The notes beneath the pieces are model-generated. The model searched no databases. It was not told where the DNA came from and saw nothing but the letters and a program-made list of their open reading frames with translations. A program made the translations under genes and the position numbers. A DNA stretch of 64,000 nucleotides from Eledone cirrhosa (Eukaryota), in the NCBI GenBank assembly GCA_964016885.1, contig OZ024741.1, positions 315,208,001 to 315,272,000 of the forward strand, read 5' to 3'. The stretch's first letter is position 1. Every line of letters begins with the position of its first letter. This document shows, one piece after another, positions 50,173 through 64,000 of this stretch.

Positions 50173-50488
50173 ATATATACATACATACATATATTCATAT
50201 ATACATATTTATATATATGTGTCTATGTATATGTATGTGTGTATATGCGTGAGTGTGTTTGGGTATGGGTGTTTGTGTGTGTGTGTTTGGGTGTGTGTGT
50301 GTGTACGTGTGTACATGTATTTGAGAGTTCTTGTTAAATTCCGTAAGTAAATCACTGATATATTGATGGCAGATCTTTTGTGTGTGATGTAGATCATCTA
50401 GATATTATTGAGTAGGTTTTTTTATATCTCATTTACACCTCTAAAAATGTATGTAATTAATGATGTCTGTCTATATTGGCATTTTCAG

Positions 50489-50620
50489 TATGTGAAGAAG
50501 GACGCTTTGGTGAAGATTGTAAAGGAATATGTCATTGTATCAATACCGCAGACTGCGAAGTGAAGACTGGAGCATGTTCAGCAGGATGTTCATCAGGATA
50601 TGATGGAGGCAATTGCCAAG
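50489..50620 (+). CDS. Internal exon, 8-Cys EGF/laminin-EGF-like repeat
   Basis: Acceptor attttcAG and donor GTATAT. 132 nt, phase 1-1. Encodes CEEGRFGEDCKGICHCINTADCEVKTGACSAGCSSGYDGGNCQ. Missed by the ORF track. Confidence 0.9.
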
Positions 50621-51288
50621 GTATATAATATACATGATCAATTGTCTCTCTCTTTCTATTTCTCTATCCTTTTCACTCTCTAACAGTTTAACAGTTAATA
50701 CATCATTTATTATATCTACACGTGTTTCATTCCTTTCGTATATTATTCACTATATATAAAGAAATCATCAGGATCAATTATATATATATAACATATTAAA
50801 AAATATTTAATTACCGATCGATCTATAACTTAACGACATGCTTTAACAGTAAATTGTAAACAAAGTTTTTTCTAAGGTTATAGATGTTTAGAATTGCCAG
50901 AAATATTTAACGGTACATTTCATAATATTTGTTCGACTTCGTATTACCAGCAGTCCTATTCTGATATTAATATAATGTGTCTGTCGTTCGTGCAACTATA
51001 TTAGTGTTTAATGAAGAAATAATCAAGTTGTAGCTCGATACGTAGTTTTTTTAGCGTTACTGTTATGACGTCTAAGGAAGCACCTAATGGCTAAAAAGGA
51101 TTTAGGGTTTATCAGCTTTTATTATATTAGGTTAGCTATATATGTCGGTTTGTTTTACTAATACATCTAGCCACCAACTATTCGAAAATGTAGGCAAACC
51201 TTATATGTAGGGGCACCCGCGTCCATACACGCACACTACATATACGCACATACATATACACACACATACATATACAAACTCAATTAAC

Positions 51289-51410
<122 letters not shown>

Positions 51411-51462
51411 CATATATACACATACGTAAATATATGTAAATATATATATATATAGAGAGAGA

Positions 51463-53056
51463 GAATAAGTAAAAGCGAAGTAGTTTCAGATGTTCAAGTC
51501 CTTTAATAATAATGCTGTGATATATATTTCAATGACGACACTGGCCACACTGTTGTGTGTGCGAGTGTTGTGACATCATCAGACAGCTTGTTACATAATA
51601 AGGTTGTTTCCGAGGCAATCCAAATTGAATCGACATGGGAACGGATGAAGTTCGTGCTTTTGGGTTTTTCATCCGTAAGTACCAATTCACCCCCATCGGT
51701 CTGCGCAAGCGCATGTCCGAAGGAAGTTGACCATTAGTACCGCAGATTTCAACAAAATTCGCTGTCAGTGGCCCACCTATGCCTTGCCAAAGTTTACTGC
51801 TACCCATCGCTACTGTGGCAGTCAGCCGAAAGCCAGAGGGAATGGGAGGGTGTTAGTTTTTATAGGTCATAATACTACCTTTCACTAAGCGTTGACAGTA
51901 AGACTGACCATCAACTCTTAAGGGAAAATAAACTTAATTCTAGGTACTATGGTTTTACATAGTAAGTTAAGAATGAGAGTTGGGAATAAACATTAAAATT
52001 AAAAGTTAAAATCCTAAATCAAATATCAGAGATTATGAATTAAACAATAAAGAATTTAAAAATCCTGAATTCAAAAATGTTTTTCAAGTGATAATTCGGA
52101 TTAAGTAAAGATATAGATTGAAGTGAGTAAATAATATGGAGAGAGATGTTTAAGTAATATGTTCTGGGAGGGATTCTAAACATCTCTCTCCATTTTATTT
52201 ACTCACTTCAATCTATATCTTTACTTAATCCGAATTATCACTTGAAAAAAATTTTTGAATTCAGAATTTTTGAATTCTTTATTGTTTAATTTATAATCTT
52301 TGATATTTGATTTAGGATTTTAACTTTTATTTTTAATTTTTATTCCGAACTCTCACTCTTAACTTAATATGTAAAACCATAGTACCTAGAATTAAGTTTA
52401 TTTTCCCTTATGAGTTGATGGTCAGTCTTACTGTCAACGCTTAGTGAAAGGTAGTATTATGACCTGGCAGTATCGGTAGAGTGTCGTCGCCATGCTTTCT
52501 AGCATAGTTACGTCCCTTTACGATCTGAGTTCAAATCCCGCCGAGGTTGACTTTGTCTTTCATCCTTACGGGGTCGATAAAATAAAGTACCAGTAATGCA
52601 CTGGGTAATTGCTGGCCTTGTGCCTAAAGTAGAAACAATTATGACCTATAAAAACTAACACCCTCCCATCCCCTCTGGCTTTCGGCTGACTGCCACAGTA
52701 GCGATGGGTAGCAGTAAACTTTGGCAAGGCATAGGTGGGCCACTGACAGCGAATTTCGTTGAAATCTGCGGTGCTAATGGTCAACTTTCTTCGGACATGC
52801 GCTTACGCAGACCGGTGGGGGTGAACTGGTACTCACAAGGGAACGGATGAAAAGCCCAAAAGCACGAACTTCATCCGTTCCCATGTCGATTCAATTTGGA
52901 TTGCCTCGGAAACAACCTTATTATGTAACAAGCTGTCTGATGATGTCACGACACTCGCACACACAACAGTGTGGCCAGTGTCGTCATTGAAATATATATC
53001 ACAGCATTATTATTAAAGGACTTGAACATCTGAAACTACTTCGCTTTTACTTATTC
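51463..53056. mobile_element. Large foldback palindrome (~690-bp arms, 24-nt spacer), probable non-autonomous DNA element
   Basis: 51463-52152 is the reverse complement of 52177-53056 once the SINE is removed. Confidence 0.88.
52466..52637 (+). mobile_element. tRNA-derived SINE with 10-bp TSD in palindrome arm
   Basis: TSD ATTATGACCT at 52456-52465 and 52638-52647. The empty site is in the left arm (~51864-51873). Confidence 0.92.
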
Positions 53057-53225
53057 GATATTTACTCCGTCACTCTTATGTGGAAAAAGTACGTTGAGTG
53101 CTTGAATTGAATTGCATCAATGTTTGCCCTAATAATATATATATATATATATATATCAAGTAAGTATGTTTTGAAACAGTGAGCAGGTTTGAAATTAGAA
53201 AATAGAATAGCTTTCACCGTATTTT

Positions 53226-53378
53226 TGACTAAAGGAATTTTAGCCTGATAATGGGGTTTAGAACCCTCAGATAAATGGAACAAGATGAGTATTGACGTAC
53301 ATGGGACGTCAATACTCATCTTTTTCCATTTATCTGAGGGTTCTAAACCCCATTATCAGGCTAAAATTCCTTTAGTCA
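53226..53378. repeat. 153-bp near-perfect palindrome
   Basis: Arms of ~73 bp (TGACTAAAGGAATTTTAGCC...GGCTAAAATTCCTTTAGTCA) with a ~7-nt loop. Confidence 0.9.
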
Positions 53379-53396
53379 TCTATATATATATACGTA

Positions 53397-53448
<52 letters not shown>

Positions 53449-53859
53449 CAGTTGTTGCACCAAGAAAAGAAAACGTCGGGGTGAAGGCGATTAGGAATTT
53501 ATTTGCTTTAACATGTGTTTCTAAGTCCATTGTAAATTGTCTACATATTCTGACTATAATATATATTGTTCAATCATATGCAATACTTAATTATTTATTA
53601 CACTTCATCAGAATTCCTATAATACTGAAAGCCATATATAACTACGTGGTAAAATTCAGCAATGGGATTTTCGTTTACGAAAATGTAAAAAAGTTAAAAA
53701 TAGAATGAAATCCAGTCCGTTAGTGTGATAGACAAGAGGAAAAGGAGTAGGGGTAGATAGATTCACGTTATCAATCTGTCTGCTGTGATGTGGAACAAAT
53801 ATTCTTTGACTTCCTTGGGTAGGTGTGAAAAGTTCAAATGCCACAGGAAATGTATTAAA

Positions 53860-54560
53860 TAGGATGTAGTAAAACCTAGGTTGTATTTAGCGAAGGTTTT
53901 TAGAGCTTTGTGTTTGCAATTAAATATCCTATCGTGCCGGTAATTTAGAAGGTCCTTTCCGGTGGCTATTTCAATTTCCTCTACTACATAATTTACAGGG
54001 GCGTCTTTTATTCGGGCAAATTTTAATACGGGCCATTGTAGTGTGTGTTCAATATTAGTGCGCGTCAGATCCCAGATTTCTTTTCGCCAGTGCCGTAGAT
54101 CTAGCTAAACTGGAGTTTTAAACGTGTGGCTGTGCACATACCATCTTTTCTTGAAAATATTCGCGTGAAGTGTAAGAGACGTTGGTATTTGTGGGTCCTG
54201 GTCTGCTCAGTGTTGGAGGCTGCGGATGTTTCAGAGTATGTCCGAGTTTCCGTTGGCTATTAGTATTGATATACCTGCGGAGGCGCTGGTAATTCAATTT
54301 CATAATGTTGTGGAATAATATAGCCGGATCGTGCCTCTATTTAGTATTATATGGAATTTGTGTGTAGGAGGAAAGCGTTCTTCTATGAGTTTGAAGAAGA
54401 GATAGGATAGCTTAGTAGTTACCAGATAATTGTGCGGGGAATTATACCATATATATGGTTTTGTGCGGGACCTCCTTGGTGTTTTCCTATTTGCAGTAAT
54501 ATTATTGGTCCCGCCATCTTGTATGGTATGCTTGTGATGTTTTCCCGTTGGGGTGGTTGG
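53860..54560 (-). mobile_element. Penelope-like remnant (linker + GIY-YIG)
   Basis: Minus-strand pieces IWYNSPHN, FFKLIEERFPPTHKFHIILNRGTIRLYYS, FKKRWYVHSHTF and EIWDLTRTNIEHTLQW. Confidence 0.65.
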
Positions 54561-54889
54561 ATGTTTCCCCGCATGTGTTAAGTATTTCAGTAGAAAAAGT
54601 AAAGGTAAAAAGAGTGCTCTATGTATTGTACAGAGCTATTTAATTACATAATAAACAACACCTATAATTATTTCATCATATTGCAAGAAACATCTAGTTC
54701 AATTGTCAACCAAAATTATTATGTTTTGGATATAAACTCCGAAAATTATATCTATTTAAAATTGAAAGTGAGGCTGAGTTAAAAGAAATGAATACCTTAT
54801 AACGGAAAAAACTTACAAATACAAATACATATAAACCCACATGCGGGCGTCCATACATACATCTATATACACCCTTACACAGATTCATC

Positions 54890-55560
54890 AAAATATGAAA
54901 GCAAAAGTGAACTTCAATTGGACACTTTCAGGCACAAAACGGTGTCCAGCAAGGCGACATACCCGCACCCAATCTGTTCTCCATGTACTGGTGGTGATGT
55001 TGGGGTTGTCTCTGTTGTTGCTGCTGCTGTTGTTGTTATTGTTGTTGATGTTGGTGGTGGTAGTGTTGTCTCTGCTTTTCTGTAAACTGTTTGATTTCAC
55101 GTCAGTTTTTGTAGTTATAGTGATTGCGGTTGTGATGTCTATTTTGTTGTTATTGTTTCTTGTGTGTGTTTTGATGTCCAGAATATCTTGTGGTGAAGGT
55201 GGTATTAAAGCGGGGAAGTTGCTATTGTTGTTGTTATTGTTTTTTTTTTCCTTGTTTAGGATCACAATCTGCTGTGTCAGTTTCCATAATCTTATCAGCA
55301 GTTTTTAAAAGTGCAGACTCATTGCTTTTGTCAATAAAGGAACTGGCTATTTTAGGATTTATGACGGAAAATGATAACAATGTTCCACTTTGGAAAGGGC
55401 TATCACACCCGATCCCGATGGTTGTTAGAAATATATTTTACCAACGAATTGTAAACAGCCTTATGTAATCGATCGTGCCCAAATTTTGTCACAATTGTTG
55501 ACAAAATAGAACAAAAGTTAAAGGACTTAAACCGTAAAAAACAGCGTGGCATTATCCCAG

Positions 55561-55561
<1 letters not shown>
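54890..55561 (-). mobile_element. Possible 5' portion (UTR + Thr/Asn-rich ORF1 start) of a Tx1-like element
   Basis: Low-complexity T/N-rich ORF like the ORF1 N-termini of A and D. The right end abuts a (TAA)n tract. No diagnostic domain. Confidence 0.35.

Positions 55562-55624
<63 letters not shown>
55562..55624. repeat. (TAA)n microsatellite, ~21 units
   Basis: Seen directly. Confidence 0.97.
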
Positions 55625-55625
<1 letters not shown>

Positions 55626-56462
55626 GCATCCGGCTTGAGCCCCAAAATAATAATAATAATAATAAAGCATCCGGCTTGAGCCCAAAAAAATTCGGACCCA
55701 AAATATATTGTTATAAGGCTCAAATATTCAAATATTCAACTTTGTATTGTATATTGTATATTCAAAAAAGAAAATGGCTATAAATGGAAGAAGAACCCCC
55801 CCCCCCCCCTCCTCTGTCTACGCTATATAGAACAGCCAAACAACAACAATCTCACCAACACCAGAAACTAGATACAACACCTACCCCATCACCTCTCTGT
55901 GTACACTAAACACAACAGCCAGATAACGGCAATTTAACCACCACCACTCACTACTGCCATCATTACCACCACTATCCCATCACCGCCGCCACCACTCCTT
56001 CATTGCTACCACCGCTACAACACCATCACTACAGTAATACGATCACATCACCAGCACCACTGCCTCGGTATCGACATCACCACCACCACTGTCTCAGTAT
56101 CGATACCGCCGCTACTGTCTCCCACATCTCCCCGCCGCCACCACTCCTTCAATGCTACCACCACTATTCCCCTGTTAACTTGAGAGAGAAAGGGGAAGGT
56201 GGCGGTATCACTAGACAAGGGAGAGGCTAGCAAAAGATATAAATAGATTGACTTAGTGACCTGGCCACGGCCAAACGTCAACATCAACAACTATGGGACT
56301 GCTGGCTCACCCCTTCCTCACCAACAATATAAATAGCCCGGCACCACCACCGACATAGCCAACAACAATAACAGCCAACTGCAACAAAAAGTATATTAAA
56401 TTATTGTAATGCACTGGGTGATTGCTGGCCTTGTGCCTGGAGTGGAGACAATTATTAATAAT

Positions 56463-59400
56463 TTCATTCTTAAGCCACGCAATGCTCACATTAAGGAACC
56501 ACTCATGATAATAACAATTTAAAAAAAACAACAAAATAAAATCCCGTGACCAAGAAATACCGGGATGGCGGCCGGCGGGGAATAGCCGTGTCTCTAGGGG
56601 AGAACGACCCCTCTAGTTTTGGTTGACACTCGTTCTAGAAGTGGTAACACGAAATGATTACCCCTTGGCGGATAAGGATAAAACGCGACAAAATAAAGTA
56701 AATGTCTAATGATAAAATCTCATACCGGATCGGCCGTCAGCCGGGTAAAAAAGGGCCGCGTCCCTCAGAGAGGAACCAGACTGGGGTCGAAAAATCAGCT
56801 AATGGTTCAAACCTTCCCATCACTTCGGAGCTGGAGACCTCCCATAACCGGAATACTCCTACTGTTGGCCCTCCATGCTCACCACCAAGAAATCCAAAGA
56901 AAAGGAGAGAAAAATGGTCAAGGGAAGATAATAAAGAAGTCCTTGAGGCTTTCTACACTGCCATGTACTACCCATCAAATACATCGAATACAGAACAGAC
57001 ATATATCAACTGGAAAAAGAAACATCCCGAAAACAGAGGCTATATTGACAGTAACAAACTAGCCAATATACGAAGAAATATTGTAAGAAAAAAGTTACTA
57101 ACTGATATAGAAATTGATCAGATCAAGCTATTAGCACAAAGTCAGCGAAGGGAAAATGAAACATGTGTCAGTGAAAACGAGGTAAACTGTAACACTTCGA
57201 ATCCCAGGGTTGGGGCGGAATCACTGGCAACAGAATAAATTAAAGAAAGGAGCGAAAAAGTGGAGGGAGTGCATGCTCAGGATGAAACTCCAAATGAAAA
57301 TAATGAGATCGTAAATGATAAAGAAATGAATGAGAATGAACTTGCCAACTTGAAGGATGAAATTATGATCGAATGGATGAAAATGAAAGAATCTGACATG
57401 GGGCAACGAGACACACTCCCTAAGATCCAGAACTCCAAACAGAACCAAAAGATAATACACAAGACTAACATAATTCTCAAAAACATTATCATCACAAACA
57501 AACTAAACACTACTGATTTAAATCATCTCTATTATGCATCGGCTAAAGTCACCACTCACTTATGTGGAGTGAAGATGAAAAAACAAAGGAATTCCCACAA
57601 GAAATCTACTTGGCAAGAGAACATCAATCGCCAAATAAACCTTCTCCGATCTGACATAGAAATTTTAACAAACTATAAAGTAGGTGAACATGTTAAACAA
57701 ACTAAACTTAGAAAATTGAAAAAAAAGTACAGTATAAAATCAACATGTGACATAGACATGCTGATAGAAATAATCAAGCAAAAAGTGTCGGCCAAAGCTG
57801 CTCGTATAAGGCGCTTTGAAAATCGATCTAGATTCTATAAGGACAATAATATGTTCAAAAACAACCAAAGAAACTTCTACAGAAAAATTGGTAAGTCAAC
57901 AATAACTGCTAAATCAATTCCACCCAAGGAGGAAGTGCAAGAATTCTGGGAAAAGATCTGGGCCGAAGAAAAAGTTCATAACATACATGCCCCATGGATA
58001 GACAGACAAATGAAAGATACAGCTCACCTTGAGGAACAAACATGGGAAAATATAACAGTTGAACAGTTGCGCTTGGCTCTAAGAAAAACCAGCAAATGGA
58101 AATCCCCAGGAAAAGACAAAATACAAAACTTTTGGATAAATGCCTTCACAGAGTCTCATGAGCTGTTAGCCCAACTTTACAATGAAATAGTTAAGGAGCC
58201 AGAAAAGATACCTTCATGGCTAGTTAACGGCATTATATTCCTGCTTCCGAAGAATGATGAGACAAACAATCCCAAAAATTACAGACCGATAACTTGCTTG
58301 ACCACAATGTATAAAATTTTAACATCAGTCCTAACTGAATACACATATGACCACCAGATAACAAATGACCTATTTCCCATTGAGCAGAAAGGGTGTAAAC
58401 GAGGCTCATATGGCTGTAAGGATCAGCTTCTGGTTAACAAAATGATACTGGAAGATTGTCATAATAGACACAAAAATCTATTGATTGCTTGGATAGATTA
58501 TAAAAAAGCATTTGATAGTTTGCCACACAGTTGGATTGAAAAATGTTTAGAGATTTTCAAAGTATCCCCGTTGTCAGGAGGTTTTTGTCATTCAGTATGA
58601 AGACATGGAAAACGACACTCCTTTTGAATAGTGAAACAAATTCACTGGAAGCTGGAGAAGTTAATATTAATTGTGGAATTTTTCAGGGTGACTCTTTATC
58701 ACCGCTTTTATTCTGCATCGCACTTATACCATTAAGTAAAATGCTCAATGAAACTAAACATGGATATAAAGTCTATGACAAAACCATTAATCACCTGTTC
58801 TACATGGATGACCTGAAACTATTTGCAAAAAATGATGAACAATTGCAAGGGCTATTATCCACTGTGAAGCAGTTCAGTGATGACATTAAAATGGAGTTTG
58901 GACTAGATAAATGCGCCAAAGCAACGTTCACCAGAGGAAAGCTGCTGAAGAGTTCAGACATTAATCTTGATCGGGGGAACGTGATAAGAGAACTTGATCA
59001 AGAAAAAACTTACAAATATCTAGGTGTTTGTGAAGGAGACGGAATCAAGCACTCGACAATGAGGGAAAAGATAAAGAAGGAATGTTACCGCAGAGTAAGA
59101 GCAATCTTAAGAACGGAATTGAATGCAAGGAATAGGATCGATGCCATAAACACGCCAGCCATACCAGTAGTAACCTACAGTTACAATGTCATCAACTGGT
59201 CAAGCACAGAGATCCGTAGGCTCGATACAAAAATTCGAAAATTCTTAACCATGCACAGAATGTATCACCCTAAGGCAGATATAGATAGAATATATCTCCC
59301 TAGGAAAGAAGGAGGACGTGGGTTAATCCAGTTAGACATTGCGTTGAAAACTGCAACAATTAGATTATCTACATATCTAAGGGAATCACATGATTGGATG

Positions 59401-60494
59401 ATCAAACTCGTTTTGAAACACGAAAGCATCAAAAGATCATATTCCATTACAAAAGATGCACAAAGATACAGTAATGGACTACAAATTTCAGAAGTCCCAT
59501 TTACTGCTGAAATGGAAAACACAGAAAAAGCAAAGCAGGTAAAAGTAACTGCAAAGAAAGAACTGCTAGAGAAACTGGCTAAGAAATGGCAAGAAAAGCC
59601 TCTGTATGGAAAATACCCAGAGCGAGCTAACAATCCTGATGTTGACAAAACTTTAACCCATCAGTGGTTGGCATCCTCTGGACTGAAATCGGAGACTGAA
59701 GGACTGATTATATCGGCACAAGATCAGTGTCTGCCAACAAAAAATTACCAACCCAACATAATAAAAAATGGGTGCAGCCCATTATGCCGTGTATGCAAAA
59801 AACAACCAGAGATCATTGACCATATAATTTCAATGTGCAGTCCTATAGCTCCAACCGAATACCTAAACAGGCATGACAGAGCTGCACAATACATACATTG
59901 GATAATGTGTAAGCATTTTGACCTGCCCCATCAAAAGAATTGGTGGGAGCATCAACCACCTCCCATACTTGAAAAAGATCACATCTCAATCTTGTGGAAC
60001 TTTAGCATCCAAACAGACCGAAAAATAGATGCAAACAGACCTGATATAATATTGAAAGACTTTCAAAAGAGGGTATGCCTGCTAATTGATATGTCTGTTC
60101 CAATAGACAAGAATGTATCTATAAAAACATTTGAAAAATTGAGCAAGTATAAGGACCTGGAGATAGAAATTGGAAAAATGTGGAAATTGAGAACTAAAAC
60201 AATACCAGTGGTTGTAGGCGCTCTGGGAATGATACCTAAGGGGTCTAATGATTACATATCGCAAATCCCAGGAAACCCGCGTATAGGAGAAATACAAAAG
60301 ATAGTACTAATGGGAACTGCCCATATACTAAGGAAGATTCTGTCAATATAAGTACATCACAAGTCTAAACACTAAAGATGCATGTGTGAATATGTATGTT
60401 CTTTTTTGAACATGGCGGACCTTGTTGTCTCTTGAGGTCACTGGTTGTGACCTGGTGATAACTCGTATGAACATAAAGCAAGATAAATGCAACT

Positions 60495-60530
<36 letters not shown>
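56463..60530 (+). mobile_element. Near full-length R4/Dong-like retrotransposon, copy G (least decayed)
   Basis: The ORF is in three pieces (56702-57238, 57260-58600, 58543-60351). RT motifs [27 protein letters not shown]. Zinc motif CRVC..H...C, RHD, RPD..D..K RLE. (TAA)n tail. Confidence 0.95.
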
Positions 60531-60531
<1 letters not shown>

Positions 60532-60551
60532 GAAGAAGAAGAAGAAGAAGA

Positions 60552-60940
60552 AACTGGAACACAATAGACCTGACCTGGTGGTTGTGGACAAAGAAAAAAG
60601 ATCGTGCCTGATTGTGGATGTGGCCTGCCCATTCAACACGAGAGTGCAAGAGAAGGAGAGGGAGAAAATTAACCGATACCAGGACTTAAAGTGGGAGGTA
60701 AAAGTCAAGGTCGCACTAGGGACTATCTCAAAAAGTTTCCAGGGATGGTTAAAGAAAATTGGCCCCTTCACGCTTTTTGTAACGCTTCAAAAGGCATGCT
60801 TGCTGGGAACAGCAAGAAGCCTCCGATACGTCCTGAATATCTGAGGCTGCAGGTAGTGGCTTGATATTCATTTCAACAAACTTTCCAGTTAACTAACATC
60901 AATGACTGCGACTCAAAGAATAATAATAATAATAATAACA
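60552..60940 (+). mobile_element. 5'-truncated R4/Dong family-2 fragment
   Basis: LEHNRPDLVVVD...LIVDVACPF RLE motifs; (AAT)n tail. Confidence 0.88.
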
Positions 60941-61379
60941 AAAATAGTAATAATAATAAAGTGTTTCTGCTTTTGGCACGGGGCCAGCAATTGTCCCGGT
61001 GTGTTGCAGGTGCTTTGTGGTGTCGGCCACGTAGGGATGAAAGGGAAAAAAATGATAGAAAAAATTATAGTCGAAAAATTATAGAACAGAACACAGACAG
61101 AGGCAGACGCAACAACCGACACGGGTTTCAAAAGTTTTGAACACAGCAACCCCTACTTCCCTTAGCAGCAGCAGCAACAACAGCAACACTAGTAACCGAT
61201 GTTACTGGCCTTGTAAAACGAAAAACGCAAAGGAGAAAAACAAACAAAAAAGGGAGAGACAAAAAGGAAAGAAAAGCTAAGTCAGACATTCAAACATTAC
61301 AATGAAACTTGTTTGTTTTTGTTGTTTTTGTTTTTTTTAGGTTTTTATCCATTTGTTGTTTATTTATGTTCGTCTACAG

Positions 61380-64000
61380 CGTGATGGTGCCACGCTAAAA
61401 TCACCGGTAGTTATGTAACCATACATTCACCAATCCTCGATATGAGTGCTTAAATGTCGAACCTAAACAGTTCGAATAACGGTGAAGTGGGGACTGGAAT
61501 GTCATGTGACAGACTCTAACCCAGCAGGTGCTCCCTGGCCCAGCAGCAGGGACCTGGCTGTCATCCAAAATCTGCTGGTGTTGGAGGAAGAGGAAGAAGG
61601 AAAGGGACCAGAACCAACTGGACGAAAGAAATGAATGGAACTGTTATGCAATGTTACCTGAAGAGTAACCCCAATGGAAAAGGCTATAGGAAACGGATGC
61701 ATAACATCTGGAACGAGATTGGTCTATTTAAATTAGATGAACAAAAATTGGCCGAGCAGGCTCGGGTAATAAGAACTAATGGATGGATAAGTGAGCGGGA
61801 ACTGGAGGAACTGAGCAGAGAGATTAGGTTGGAAATGGAGAGTGGTGTATGACAGGCAAACGAGCCAGTGGGAAATGAAGGTGAAGAGGTTGAGAGAACG
61901 GAGTAACCATCCGAAGCAGACAATGATCTGAATGCTGAAATAAATAATACCTGGAACAAAGATACGGCCATTGAGGAAATGAATGCTGACGGGCTAGGAC
62001 AAGATTTGGTTGATATCCTAAACTTAGTGGTAGATGAAATTAACAATGATAGTGGGAAACCTATGAACCTAAGATTTGTAGACAGGAAAAAGTCATCCCT
62101 TACCTTGAGGCGAGGAGCCTTCACCAGTGCAACAATATCCTCAAAGCAACAGCAAATGCGGTGAGGAAATTACATGGCATAAAAGCGAGAGGAAACAAGA
62201 AACAAGAAAGATCAGAAAATTGGTGGAAGAAACGAATGAATGGTCAAATCAGGGAAATGAGAAATGATATTGGAAAGCTTAAGTCCTTACTGAATGGGAC
62301 ACTAAAAAACATAGACACTAAAAATAGACTGGAAATAAAGTACAAAACTAGGAGGAAAAAGCTAAATATTATCATAGAGGAACTGAAGCAACGCATTGTA
62401 GCAAAGAGTGCAAAAATTAGGCGATACGAGACCAGAGTCAGTCAGTATAGACAGAACCGCATGTTTGACAACAACCAGAAGATGTTGTTTGGACAGCTTG
62501 AAGGGAAAGAAAGAGGCAACGAATGGATCCCTGAGGCGCAACAAACTAAGACATTCTGGAGAGGAATATGGGAGCAGGATGTTAAACATAATGACCAGGC
62601 AGTGTGGATTGAGACAGTACAAAAGGAGATTAGTGAACAGGTACACCAACAAACTGATTTGAGTATCACATTTGAAACTCTTAAGGGGCAGGCCAAAAAA
62701 ATGACCAACTAGAAATAGCCAGGCCCAGATAGTGTGCAGGGGTATTGGATTAAAAATATAACATCCCTCCACCCGAAACTGACAACCATGTTTCAATGAC
62801 TGCTTGCTGTCAGATGAGGTACCAGAGTGGTTGACAAAAGGTACCACAATTCTGGTAATGAAAGATCGAATCAAGGGTAATGATGTTACCAACTATAGAC
62901 CTATCACATGTCTGTCCGTAATGTGGAAACTGTTGACAAGCATTGTGTCTGAGGAAATCTACCATCACCTCCACACAAACAACTTGTTACCGGACGAACA
63001 TAAAGGATGCCGAAAGAAGTCCCGTGGTACAAAGGACCAGTTACTTATTGATGAGATGGTAATGAGGAATTGCAAGAGGAGACACACTGGTCTTGCCATG
63101 GGATGGATAGACTACAAAAAGGCATTTGACATGGTGCCTAATTCTTGGATCACCAAAAGCCTAGAGATCTTCAAGGTGGCAGATAACATCAGACAGTTGT
63201 TGAGCAAAAGTATGAAGTCCTGGAAAACAGAGTTAACATCAACTGGAGAATCCTTGGGAGGCGTGAAGATCAAGAGAAGTATCTTCCAGGGAGATAGTCT
63301 GTCCCCTCTGTTGTTTGTCCTTGCCCTGATGCCCCTGACCATTATACTGCGAAAAGTAAGAGCAGGATACAAGTTGGGAAAGGGAGAGCTTACCATCAAA
63401 CACCTCCTCTTCATGGACGATCTTAAGCTCTTCAGGAAGAGTGAACAAGAGTTGGATATACTTGTTGACACTGTCCGTATTTTCAGCAATGATATATGTA
63501 TGCAATTTGGTATTAGTAAGTGTGGAGTCCTTGTGATGAAGAGGGGTAAATTGAGCAGAAGCAACGGAATCTAGGTACCAACAGGTGAGATGATAAAGGT
63601 AATTGACACTGAAGATGAATACAAGTATTTGGGTGTTCTGGAGACTGATGACATCAAGAACAAAAAAATGAAGGAATTGATAAGATCTGAATACATTCGG
63701 AGAGTAAGGAACGTATTAAAATCATATCTAAATAGTAGGAATGTCATAAGTGCAGTGAATTCCTGAGCTGTGTCTATTATTAGGTACAGTGCGGGAAATC
63801 TGAAATAGAATGTTGCTGAACAAAAATAAAGGGATAGGAAGACTAGGAAACTATTGACTATCTACAACATGTCCCACAAGAGGAGTGATGTCGATAGACT
63901 CTACTTAAGGAGATCTGAAAGTGGAAGAGGTCTTATCAGCATAGAGGACTGTGTTCAGATGGAGAAAAACAACCTGCACAAATACGTGACTGACAGTAGG
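61380..64000 (+). mobile_element. Decayed R4/Dong-like element, family 2, copy H (runs off the right edge)
   Basis: Motifs [42 protein letters not shown]. The 5' boundary is approximate. Confidence 0.9.

Noticed and set aside
56702-60351. Active Dong element
   Set aside because: The ORF is split by at least two breaks (~57240 and ~58575), unless these are sequencing errors.

Overview
This is AT-rich, microsatellite-rich eukaryotic DNA. The SINE family and repeat landscape suggest a cephalopod such as Octopus, which is inference only. Bases 1-9025 are a tandem array of a 48-bp unit, about 188 copies in the window, and it runs off the left edge. Bases ~9.6-35.7 kb and ~54.9-64 kb are nested clusters of decayed non-LTR retrotransposons built on (TAA/ATT)n tracts. 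All clearly identified Tx1-like (L1 clade, APE+RT) copies lie on the minus strand, all R4/Dong-like (RT+restriction-like endonuclease) copies lie on the plus strand, and there are many copies of one tRNA-derived SINE. Between the clusters lie four symmetric phase-1 exons on the + strand encoding 8-Cys EGF/laminin-EGF-like repeats of a MEGF10/11- or SCARF-like host gene; two of them come from a recent 1.6-kb tandem duplication. That interval also holds RTE and Penelope remnants and three palindromic foldback elements, and a non-autonomous Helitron sits in the left cluster. The strongest candidate for a novel system is an ATTAT-targeting Tx1 family with a SINE that shares its 3' tail, sharing a self-regenerating (TAA)n niche with Dong elements on the opposite strand. 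No transposon ORF here is intact.
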